A DNA stretch of 64,000 bases, taken from the IMG/VR virus record IMGVR_UViG_3300008954_000003, positions 95,630-159,629 of that record; one strand, given 5' to 3'. This DNA is from a virus. Below are positions 40,939-49,224 of the stretch, one piece after another (the first letter of the stretch is position 1; every line of letters begins with the position of its first letter). The translations under genes were made by a program, and so were the position numbers. The notes beneath the pieces are model-generated. The model made no database searches and was not told the origin of the DNA. It saw nothing but the letters and a program-made list of their open reading frames with translations.

Positions 40939-41264
40939 CAGATCATAGAAAAAGAAGTATGAAGAATTCTGTTGATGAGTATACTTACGCTAAATTTAAA
41001 CTATTGGTCTTGCAAGATCAGATTCCTTATACTAAACTGATGACAGAACTTTTGGAAGGATACGTCCGTCGAGATCCAAGGATTGTTGAGTTTATTGAAG
41101 ACTATAAACAAACAAGAAAAAAGAAGCAAAGCAAGATACGAAAGCAAAGACTTGAGAGAAGGGAAACTTTAGCTAAGAGAAATCAAAAACTATTTGGCCT
41201 GGACAAATCAGAGGTTATGGACGTATATGACCTCATTGAAATCCCACCCAACTCAGAGTTATAA
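40935..41264 (+). CDS. Hypothetical basic protein
   Basis: Coupled ORF. Confidence 0.55.
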   Translation: MTDHRKRSMKNSVDEYTYAKFKLLVLQDQIPYTKLMTELLEGYVRRDPRIVEFIEDYKQTRKKKQSKIRKQRLERRETLAKRNQKLFGLDKSEVMDVYDLIEIPPNSEL

Positions 41265-41265
41265 A

Positions 41266-41490
41266 ATGAAATGCAAAGAACAATGTGAGAAAACAAATAC
41301 ACCCTGCGAGAACATGAGCTGTCGTCACTGGATGAACTATGACGAGGATTTAAACTGTGTTCTTGCCTGTGTTGACAAAAATGGAGAGCTGTCTTTGCGC
41401 GAAGTTGCGAAGAGACTCGGAGTCAGCTACGTCCGAATAAAGCAGATTGAGGACAAGGCTTTGAGTAAATTACACGGCCTGAAAGAATAA
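41266..41490 (+). CDS. Stand-alone sigma70 region 4-like HTH protein with Cys-rich N-terminus
   Basis: LSLREVAKRLGVSYVRIKQIEDKALSKL; C..C..C..CRHW..C. Confidence 0.8.
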   Translation: MKCKEQCEKTNTPCENMSCRHWMNYDEDLNCVLACVDKNGELSLREVAKRLGVSYVRIKQIEDKALSKLHGLKE

Positions 41491-41513
41491 AAGGATTTTC
41501 CCTTGTTTGAGTA

Positions 41514-41521
41514 CTATTTAT
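41514..41521 (+). promoter_or_regulatory. Putative late promoter motif CTATTTAT
   Basis: Recurrent motif. Confidence 0.65.
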
Positions 41522-41548
41522 TGTAGTATCGCGGAGGTATAGGATATT

Positions 41549-42598
41549 ATGGCCAAGAAGAATAAAGTATTATTGGAAAACAACGTCATTGCTAATTTCA
41601 TGCGTCATGCAGGTCTTTCTGAACATTCACAAGAGTTCTTAACGGAACAAAAAGAGCTTGAAGAAGATGAAGAGCTTGAAGAAGGTTGCGAGATGGACGA
41701 AGACAAGTATGAAGAGAGTGAGTACCCTGGGAGAAAGAAAAAGAAGACTCCTTGGGACAGAGCAAGGAAGAAAATTGATGACCTTAAAGAAGGTGACGAA
41801 GAGTTGGAAGAGGCAATTAATATCAAGACTGGTGAAAAAGGTCTTGCTGCTAAAGGCCCCAACAACAAACAGGACAAAGAAGGCACTCGCAAAGCTAAGA
41901 ACCCTGAAGGTTTGGCTGGCAAGAGCGGTGGTGGAAAAGACACTTCACATCACAAGCGTAAGTCGAGCAAGCGCCCAACTGTTGACGGAACCGATCTGAG
42001 TAAGATGGGTGGTGGCCCAAAGAAGTTAAAAGAAGAAGAGGAACTTGAGGAAGAAGAGGATCTTGTCGAGAGCCTCATGAGTTTACTCCGCGAAATGCCC
42101 GAAGAAGACATGCTTGATGACGAAGAAGATGTCGAAATGGGTGGTGAAGAAGACCTTGGCATGGATGACATGGGCGGTGAAGATGATGACGACCTGGAAA
42201 TGGGCGATGATGAAATGGAAATGGAAGACGACCTCGGTGAAGAGGGCGGAATGGACGCTGCTAAAGTTGAAGCCGCACTTGAATCAGGACTAAAGGCATT
42301 TGCTGAAGCCGTTTCAGAAGAGCTTGGAATTCGCATCGATGTTAAACAAGGTGGCGAAGAAGAGCTTGGTGGCGAAGAGGACGAAATGGACTTCGGTGGC
42401 GAAGAGGACGAAATGGACTTCGGTGGCGAAGAAGAAGAAGAGCCAATGCTTGAAGAAGCCGTCCGCAAGGTGGTGAAGCAGGTTCAGGCCCGCCTCTCAA
42501 AGAAGGGCAAAGGAAAGAAGAGTTCACAGATTGCAGAACGTGTTGCGAAGCGTGTTGCAAAGAGACTCGTTGAAAGCAAGAGAAAGAAAAGACGTTAA
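41549..42598 (+). CDS. Highly acidic prohead core/scaffold-like internal protein
   Basis: E/D-rich low complexity, many L-x-E sites, late motif, strong RBS and terminator. Confidence 0.55.
   Translation: MAKKNKVLLENNVIANFMRHAGLSEHSQEFLTEQKELEEDEELEEGCEMDEDKYEESEYPGRKKKKTPWDRARKKIDDLKEGDEELEEAINIKTGEKGLAAKGPNNKQDKEGTRKAKNPEGLAGKSGGGKDTSHHKRKSSKRPTVDGTDLSKMGGGPKKLKEEEELEEEEDLVESLMSLLREMPEEDMLDDEEDVEMGGEEDLGMDDMGGEDDDDLEMGDDEMEMEDDLGEEGGMDAAKVEAALESGLKAFAEAVSEELGIRIDVKQGGEEELGGEEDEMDFGGEEDEMDFGGEEEEEPMLEEAVRKVVKQVQARLSKKGKGKKSSQIAERVAKRVAKRLVESKRKKRR
42368..42432 (+). repeat. 27-bp tandem repeat (GGEEDEMDF)
   Basis: GGTGGCGAAGAGGACGAAATGGACTTC x2 plus partial third copy. Confidence 0.9.
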
Positions 42599-42615
42599 AA
42601 TATCTCCCCTGCAAA

Positions 42616-42649
42616 AAAAGAGCCGGCCTTGTGCCGGCTCTTTTGTTTT
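42616..42649 (+). terminator. Intrinsic (possibly bidirectional) terminator
   Basis: AAAAGAGCCGGC-CTTGT-GCCGGCTCTTTT-GTTTT. Confidence 0.85.
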
Positions 42650-42657
42650 GTGAGGTT

Positions 42658-42665
42658 CTAATTAT
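42658..42665 (+). promoter_or_regulatory. Putative late promoter motif CTAATTAT
   Basis: Recurrent motif directly after terminator. Confidence 0.6.
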
Positions 42666-42680
42666 AAAGTGGAGCACATC

Positions 42681-44096
42681 ATGAACGAATCAGAACAAAT
42701 CTTTAAAAAATTCCTGTTGAAAAAGAAGACGAGAGATTTCTCTTTGATTGACGAACTTATCAACGAGGAGTTGAAGCAAAGAGATTTGCTGATTGAGTCA
42801 AATTTTTATGTCGATGGGTTTGAGGACCTGAGACTGAAATTTCCTTTGTTTAAGATTGGACGAAAAGTTGGGGAAGCCCCTAGAACAGAAACTGGTGAAC
42901 TTCTTAAATCAGAAGAGCGGGAAGTTTTTGATAAACTTATTGCAGGGGTTAAAGGAGATGTTGTAAGAGACAGACTTGCTTTTATACAGAATGTGATATC
43001 GGGGCAAGATATAAATTTTGCGCTTGATGAAGCCGTTTCATCTCTTATTGTTGTTGACATGTTGTCAGGTCTGCTTGAAGATTTTGAAGCCAGTTCGGCA
43101 GGTTTTTTGTTTGAGCAATTTTTTGCAGCACTGTTTAAGGGGACCACTGAAGGTTGGGGAGGTGTAAAAGCAATTCCCGATGCAGAAGTTCGCGCAGTGG
43201 CCTTGGCACATTTAGGAGATGAGTTTGAAGGGGTTGAAGAGGCTTTGTTGCCCTTGACACCAGTGAGCTTAAAACTTAGAAGACCGGAAAAGTTTTTGAC
43301 TGGAAGTTTCACAAATTTGTTGATTTATTTTTTGGGAAAAAACAAAGAAGCCTATGAAGAACAAGATTCACCTGAGAAATTGCTGCATATTTACGCTGAA
43401 AAAGTGAAAGGAGGAAGGGGAACGTCAAGAGTTGATTTCTTTGGGTTTTCTTTAGCAGGTTCAGCAAGTTCTTTTAAACTTAAAATTTTTAATCTTGGAG
43501 AATTGCTGCAAGATGATCCAAACAAATACAAAACCCTGGGTGCTATGGCAAATAGATATTTCGATATTGCCAAAAGTTCCAAAGAATTAAGAACCATAGA
43601 AAAGCAGAAACAAGAGGTTGAAGCCCATCTTTACAACTTTTATGATGAGGCCGAAACACTAAGCGCCAGTGGAGAACGAGAGGGGGTTGAGCAGGTGAAG
43701 AAGGAAATTGACAAGCTAAAGTCGACATTGGAAAAATTAACCAAACACAAAGAAGAGTTGATTAACAGATACGGTGGAGAAATAAATGTTCCACCTGCAC
43801 AATTTAAGATTTCTTCTGAGGCTTGGCGAGACAAAGAAGATAGAAGAAAATTCCTTGGTTCACTCATCCTCGATCCCCAGGAGATTTCTAAAAGAACGCA
43901 AGTTTTGCTGGGAAATACAACATCAAAAATTCGTGAGATATTTCACCTCTTAAAGACCTTAACAGAACAGATAACCTTCTTCTATACTGACATCGAAAAC
44001 AAGCCCGATCATGGTTACGAGGCGTATGAAGCAGCAGGGAAACTTAAGGATGCTGTGGATGTGGAAACCGGAAGAGGGTCTACGAACAAATTATAG
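42681..44096 (+). CDS. Late protein, possible PD-(D/E)xK-like nuclease fold
   Basis: AGFLFE, IPD, VSLKL motif spacing; coiled coil. Confidence 0.4.
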   Translation: MNESEQIFKKFLLKKKTRDFSLIDELINEELKQRDLLIESNFYVDGFEDLRLKFPLFKIGRKVGEAPRTETGELLKSEEREVFDKLIAGVKGDVVRDRLAFIQNVISGQDINFALDEAVSSLIVVDMLSGLLEDFEASSAGFLFEQFFAALFKGTTEGWGGVKAIPDAEVRAVALAHLGDEFEGVEEALLPLTPVSLKLRRPEKFLTGSFTNLLIYFLGKNKEAYEEQDSPEKLLHIYAEKVKGGRGTSRVDFFGFSLAGSASSFKLKIFNLGELLQDDPNKYKTLGAMANRYFDIAKSSKELRTIEKQKQEVEAHLYNFYDEAETLSASGEREGVEQVKKEIDKLKSTLEKLTKHKEELINRYGGEINVPPAQFKISSEAWRDKEDRRKFLGSLILDPQEISKRTQVLLGNTTSKIREIFHLLKTLTEQITFFYTDIENKPDHGYEAYEAAGKLKDAVDVETGRGSTNKL

Positions 44097-44103
44097 GTGA
44101 AAA

Positions 44104-45678
44104 ATGAGTGTCAAAAAATATTGTCGTTCCGATGCTTTGCAAGACAAAGTGTTAAACGGTGTCGACAAACTTGTATCAAATGTGTCTGTCACGCTTGGAC
44201 CTTGTGGTCGAAACGTGATCCTTCAAGAAAAGAATAAAGTTCCAATCATCACAAAGGACGGTGTGACCGTTGCAAAGTTTGTTGACTATGAAGACCCCTT
44301 CGAAAATGCCGGGGCTCAGATCATCAAACAGGTGGCTTCGCAGACCAATACACAGGTCGGTGATGGGACAACAACTTCAACCGTTCTTGCGGGTGACATG
44401 CTTCAAAGAGCACAGAGGTTCATTAAGTCAGGGTATGAACCTGTCGAGTTAAAGGCTGGAATGGACCTTGCGGTCAAAGATGTCGTGAGTACTCTGAAAA
44501 AGAACGCCATTGAAATTCAAAGTCTTGCAGACATTGAACATGTCGCAACAATTTCAGCAAACAATGATCATACGATCGGAAAGCTTGTTTCAATGGCTGT
44601 CGATCAAGCAGGCAAGAACGGTGCCATCTCAATTGAAGAGGCAAGGTCTGTTGAGACTTCCCTTGAGATTGTTGAGGGTTTTGTCATCGAAGCGGGCTAT
44701 GTTTCCCCTCAGTTCATCACCGATGAAAGAGCGCGTATTGCAAAGTATGATGATTGTCTTATTTTCATGACAGACCACAAGCTGGAGTTCCTTGAGCCCG
44801 TTTTGCCTGTTCTTGAAATTGCAGCGAGAGAAAACCGACCCCTTATCATTGTTGCAGATGATATCGTTGGTCAGTTCCTTGCGGCCCTTATTATGAACAC
44901 TGCAAGAGGTTCAATGAGAATTGTCGCAATTAAAGCCCCTCACTACGGAGAAGAGAGAAGAAGTGTTCTTGATGACCTTGCTATCTCAACCGGAGGCGAA
45001 GTCTTAAAAAGGGAAAGTGGCAAAAAATTTAGCGACCTAAAATTGTCAGATTTTGGAAGGGTGAAGTCTATTGAGGTCACAAAGAAACAAACAACCTTTA
45101 TGGGCGGAAGAGGCTCTCAAGAAACAATTGAGGCTCGCATTGAAGCCATTGAAAGTGAAATCAGAATGACGGATAGCATTAAAGAGTGTGAAAGGCTTCA
45201 AAAACGAATAACAGGGCTTGCAAGCGGCATTGCCGTCATTAGAGTTGGTGCTGCAACAGAAGTCGAAATGATTGAAAAGAAATATCGCATTGAAGACAGC
45301 TTATCCGCTGTTAAAGCTGCACAGCTTGGAGGCATCCATGTTGGCGGGGGAATTCCATTTGTTAGAGCAGCAAAAACCCTCAAAAAACTAAAGGGTAAAA
45401 CAAGTGCTGAAAAGGTCGGATATGGCATTGTGATTGATTCTCTTGGTTCTCCAATTCGTCAAATGGCAAAGAATGCGGGTCTACCCCCCGATGTTATTTA
45501 TGACAGATCATTGAGGCTTAGTTCTGATAAGGGATTTGATTTTAAAACAGGAAAGGTTGTGAATATGACCGAAGCAGGGATCATTGATCCTGTTGAGGTT
45601 TCATGTGCCGCATTGATCAATGCCACTTCTGCTGTATCAACATTGATAAGCACCGAGTGCGCTATCGTGCAGACATAA
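44104..45678 (+). CDS. groEL: Chaperonin GroEL
   Basis: TLGP.GRNV, TKDGVTVA, GDGTTT, GAATEVE..EKK, GIIDP. Confidence 0.97.
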   Translation: MSVKKYCRSDALQDKVLNGVDKLVSNVSVTLGPCGRNVILQEKNKVPIITKDGVTVAKFVDYEDPFENAGAQIIKQVASQTNTQVGDGTTTSTVLAGDMLQRAQRFIKSGYEPVELKAGMDLAVKDVVSTLKKNAIEIQSLADIEHVATISANNDHTIGKLVSMAVDQAGKNGAISIEEARSVETSLEIVEGFVIEAGYVSPQFITDERARIAKYDDCLIFMTDHKLEFLEPVLPVLEIAARENRPLIIVADDIVGQFLAALIMNTARGSMRIVAIKAPHYGEERRSVLDDLAISTGGEVLKRESGKKFSDLKLSDFGRVKSIEVTKKQTTFMGGRGSQETIEARIEAIESEIRMTDSIKECERLQKRITGLASGIAVIRVGAATEVEMIEKKYRIEDSLSAVKAAQLGGIHVGGGIPFVRAAKTLKKLKGKTSAEKVGYGIVIDSLGSPIRQMAKNAGLPPDVIYDRSLRLSSDKGFDFKTGKVVNMTEAGIIDPVEVSCAALINATSAVSTLISTECAIVQT

Positions 45679-45682
45679 GGGG

Positions 45683-45711
45683 TTGACAGGAAAAGCGGGG
45701 AGTGTTACACT
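45683..45711 (+). promoter_or_regulatory. sigma70 promoter TTGACA-N17-TACACT
   Basis: Near-consensus with TG extension. Confidence 0.75.
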
Positions 45712-45733
45712 ACCCCCAACAAAGGAGGTGAAT

Positions 45734-46147
45734 ATGCAAGTTAAATTCGCAATTATTGAGGACGCGGACAAGGTTTCTGAAGCCTTGGCTGATAGGCTTG
45801 GAGAACTCCGGTTTAAGATGGAGGCCGTCAAAGATGGGCTTTATAGCTTACAAGGGGTAATGACCCCGCAACTTTTTGATCCCGTAGCGTCTTCAACAAT
45901 TTTAACAAAAATTAAAAACGAACAAATCAAGATTCTTAATGTAATGGACAGCATTTCCGAAACATTGGAATCGATGATACCAAACGAACAGACCCCTAAC
46001 AGAGAGGATGAAGAGCAGGCAATTGTTCAGCCACAAGTAGGTGTGAACATGGGCAAGGTTGGAGAGCTTATAAATCAAATGAAAGAGCTTCAAGAAGTGA
46101 GAGATTCCCTATCGCCAGAAGGAGTCGAAATTGAAAGCGACAGCTAA
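45734..46147 (+). CDS. Hypothetical protein
   Basis: AAGGAGGTG RBS. Confidence 0.6.
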   Translation: MQVKFAIIEDADKVSEALADRLGELRFKMEAVKDGLYSLQGVMTPQLFDPVASSTILTKIKNEQIKILNVMDSISETLESMIPNEQTPNREDEEQAIVQPQVGVNMGKVGELINQMKELQEVRDSLSPEGVEIESDS

Positions 46148-46880
46148 GGCTTTATTCCTTGGCGTCCTTTTGTCCCTGCTCTTTGTTCCCTCTGTCTCTA
46201 ATTCGTTGCAAGGTATGGAGTGTGTTCGGCTCTATATCAAGCATAAAATCATTGTTCGTACAGATATCGATACGAACGACTTCTCAACAAAGTATTGGAA
46301 TTCAGCATATCGCGTGGAGCGTGTAAAAAAGAATCAATTTCCAAAAGTCTGTTTTGCCGTTGAGAGTTTTTATAAGAAATACCCAATCTTGATTGATAAA
46401 AACCTTGTTTCAATCAATGTCGTGAATGATATTCGTTATCGAGAAAGAATAACGATGTCTGGAACATATAAGAATGGAGTAATATACCTAAAATCCCAAC
46501 ACTCAGGGCATACGGCAGAATATCTTGAAAAGATCCTTCATCATGAATTTTCAAGCATTATGACGAAGACCTATCCATTCCCTTGGGGTATCGAGTGGGT
46601 GGGTGCCAGTGCAAAAAGATACAATTTTGACTATACAGTTCTTGAGGTTGGTCGCTATGATGCAAGAGATGAACGTCATGAGTTATTGAGAGATGGATTT
46701 GTTAATGTTTATGCAGCAAGAGATTTCGAAAATGATTTCAATATGTGTGCTGAATATTTGTGGACCATGCCGAAAAGATTCAAAGAGCTTGGGCGTAAAT
46801 ATCCAAGAATTGAAACAAAGAGAAGACTTATCAAAAAATATTATGAGAGGATGATTCGATCTCATAAAAAACTGCCTTGA
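46131..46880 (+). CDS. Secreted zincin-like protein
   Basis: Signal peptide; LHHEFSS, GFV..YA, E.DF. Confidence 0.55.
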   Translation: MKATAKALFLGVLLSLLFVPSVSNSLQGMECVRLYIKHKIIVRTDIDTNDFSTKYWNSAYRVERVKKNQFPKVCFAVESFYKKYPILIDKNLVSINVVNDIRYRERITMSGTYKNGVIYLKSQHSGHTAEYLEKILHHEFSSIMTKTYPFPWGIEWVGASAKRYNFDYTVLEVGRYDARDERHELLRDGFVNVYAARDFENDFNMCAEYLWTMPKRFKELGRKYPRIETKRRLIKKYYERMIRSHKKLP

Positions 46881-46905
46881 CATAAATTTGGGGTTCGTGT
46901 AGAAT
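46877..46905 (+). promoter_or_regulatory. sigma70 promoter TTGACA-N17-TAGAAT
   Basis: Near-consensus. Confidence 0.8.
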
Positions 46906-46936
46906 GACAAGTGCGAGAGCACTTGTCATTTTTTTT
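46903..46936 (+). terminator. Terminator-like hairpin overlapping the -10
   Basis: AATGACAAGTGC-GAGA-GCACTTGTCATT-TTTTTT. Confidence 0.75.
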
Positions 46937-46945
46937 GGAGAAAAG

Positions 46946-47894
46946 ATGAATGAAGCGAAATATAAGCTTGGAGAACTGATTGCAACAAAGAGCTTTTATG
47001 ATGAGTTAGCAATTATTATAAGAATTCATGAACATGCAGATCCAGACAAGGCTTTCTATTTATTGAAATACCCGAATTCAAACAAAGAGGTCTGGAAGTC
47101 AGAAGAAGAATTGATAAAACCAACAATTAAAGGAGAGAAAAATGGGAATGTTTGATACAATTAATTTTGCCGAAGATCAGCCAAATGGGCCTAAAGCCGG
47201 CCAGTATCAAACCAAAGATCTTCCTTGTAATCTCGACATTTATCACGTTATTGATGGCGAACTTTGTGTAGAATTTACTGTTTTGGTTGAAGACCGCGAA
47301 GAGAAAGAGAAAAACGCCTTTTGGGATCCTGGTTGGCAACTCAAGACCGTTGGTCTTGAGAAGTGCCCTGAAGTGTCTGGAAAAATAGTGTTTTACTGGT
47401 ATAGAGGAGAACCAGGTGGTGGTGTTGAGTGGGAAGGAACGTTTGAAAAAGGAAGGGTTGTGAGTTATAAGAAGTTGGAAACGAAATGGTGAGTGAAAAG
47501 AAATGGAATTTGATATTGTTTGTTGTGTTTCTTTTCATTTTGTTCATGCCGCTTCTTCCGATCGTGGCTCTTCTTTATCTGTTGATAGGACAAGTAAACG
47601 AGGAGGAAGAAGATGACTGTTGAGGTTGGAGACATTATTTATGATAATAGGGATCTGGAATCTGGTGGAACACATTCTGTATACGCTTATGTTACGGATG
47701 TGACCACCAAAGGCTCTGTTGTTTGTTGGATTTATGATTCTTATAAAGATAAATGGAGACATGAAACTTTTACAAAGAAAAAGTTAAAAACACTTCTTTT
47801 TTGTCACAAACACTTTAAGATGAGCGAGTATTCTCATTTGACCGAAGAAGAGCGACATGAAAAGATTCAAAAAGAGATTCTAAACATTCTTTAA
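46946..47894 (+). other. Small hypothetical ORFs (46946-47155, 47142-47492, 47613-47894)
   Basis: RBS-led coupled ORFs; 47142 has MGMFD...YQTKDL motif common in phages. Confidence 0.6.
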
Positions 47895-47895
47895 A

Positions 47896-47903
47896 CTAGT
47901 TAT
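47896..47903 (+). promoter_or_regulatory. Putative late promoter motif CTAGTTAT
   Basis: Recurrent motif. Confidence 0.6.
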
Positions 47904-47922
47904 TGTATCACGGAGAAACTCA

Positions 47923-49218
47923 ATGAAGCTTTTGATGGAAAACTTTAGGAACTTTACGACGAAACAGCTCCTAACAGAAGAAAACCTTGCGGGAATGACA
48001 ATCACTGAAATATTGGAGTTGTTGAAAGAATATGGCCAAAGAACTTGGGTTGTTTTCGATACAGAAACATTGGGCTTTGACCCTCTAAAACATCAATTAA
48101 CAGAAATTGCAGCAATTGCACTTGATCCTCGTGGGTGGGAAAGCGAACCAGAAGAGGTTGGCCAATTCCACAAGAAGGTGAAACTTCAGGCACCAGCGAG
48201 GTGGCGAATGCACTTTGAACTTAAGAAAGATCCATTTGCAAAAATAGAAAGTGTTGCAGATAAAATGTTTTGGAATGATTTTATCCAATCAAATGTGAAG
48301 AACGCACCAAAGGACGAGAGGGGCCGAAAATGGCTTGCTCACTTTGCAAGGTATGCCCTTGCTGAAAAGAAAAAAGCTGAAGCCGGACATGAGCCTGGAA
48401 AAAAACTTGGAGCACACGACCTCTTGAAGATGACGGGTTATTTTGCCAAAGACAGTGAAGGGAATATGCTCCCAGGTATTGAAGAAGCTGGGGTTGATTA
48501 TATTGACGAACAGCAGGCAATGAAAGAGTTTTACGATTTTGTGAACTCTTTTGGCGACCCCGTTATGTGTGCTCAAAATGCGTCGTTTGACATGAAGATG
48601 GTCAACACAAGATATCAAGGAGAAATCCCAAGATACCGCGTGTTTGATACGATGATGTTGTTCCAGTTGTTTTTGATTCCAGCTCTCCAAAGCCTTGGAG
48701 ATCAGGGAGATGAAGAGGCATTGAGAAAACTTGAGATGCTTAAAACAAGGTTTGGCTTTTCATCGTCACTTGGAAAAGTTCGTGATGTATATGAAGTCAC
48801 AGGGGATTGGCATAGTGCAATTGCTGATGTTCGCATGACAATTGAAGTTACTGGTCATGTTATAAGAGAGTTGAAGGCGAACCCCGATCTTGATATTGAA
48901 CAACACCACGCAAAAAAGGCCGCCTCTCTTCATAGGAGAAAGGTGGGTGCTGGCAAGAAAGAAAAAGCAGCAAAGACAGCAGACGAAATCGACGCCATGG
49001 CAGACACCCTAATTCAATATGCAGCCGATGCAGGAAAAGACCTTTCTCAGGGTGATGCCATTGTTCTTGCAAAGAACATCGCGGCGTTATGGAAGATGGA
49101 AAAGGAAATTGAAAAGAAGGGTCGCTATTTTGGCAAGCGTCAAAAGAGAGGTTGGAAACAAAAGGCAAAAGAGAAATTCAGGCAATATCAGGATAAATAT
49201 GCAAAACAAGAAGGGTAA
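47923..49218 (+). CDS. DEDDh 3'-5' exonuclease (DnaQ-like), late
   Basis: VFDTETLG, QNASFD, DT, HSAIAD. Confidence 0.85.
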   Translation: MKLLMENFRNFTTKQLLTEENLAGMTITEILELLKEYGQRTWVVFDTETLGFDPLKHQLTEIAAIALDPRGWESEPEEVGQFHKKVKLQAPARWRMHFELKKDPFAKIESVADKMFWNDFIQSNVKNAPKDERGRKWLAHFARYALAEKKKAEAGHEPGKKLGAHDLLKMTGYFAKDSEGNMLPGIEEAGVDYIDEQQAMKEFYDFVNSFGDPVMCAQNASFDMKMVNTRYQGEIPRYRVFDTMMLFQLFLIPALQSLGDQGDEEALRKLEMLKTRFGFSSSLGKVRDVYEVTGDWHSAIADVRMTIEVTGHVIRELKANPDLDIEQHHAKKAASLHRRKVGAGKKEKAAKTADEIDAMADTLIQYAADAGKDLSQGDAIVLAKNIAALWKMEKEIEKKGRYFGKRQKRGWKQKAKEKFRQYQDKYAKQEG

Positions 49219-49224
49219 ATAGCA

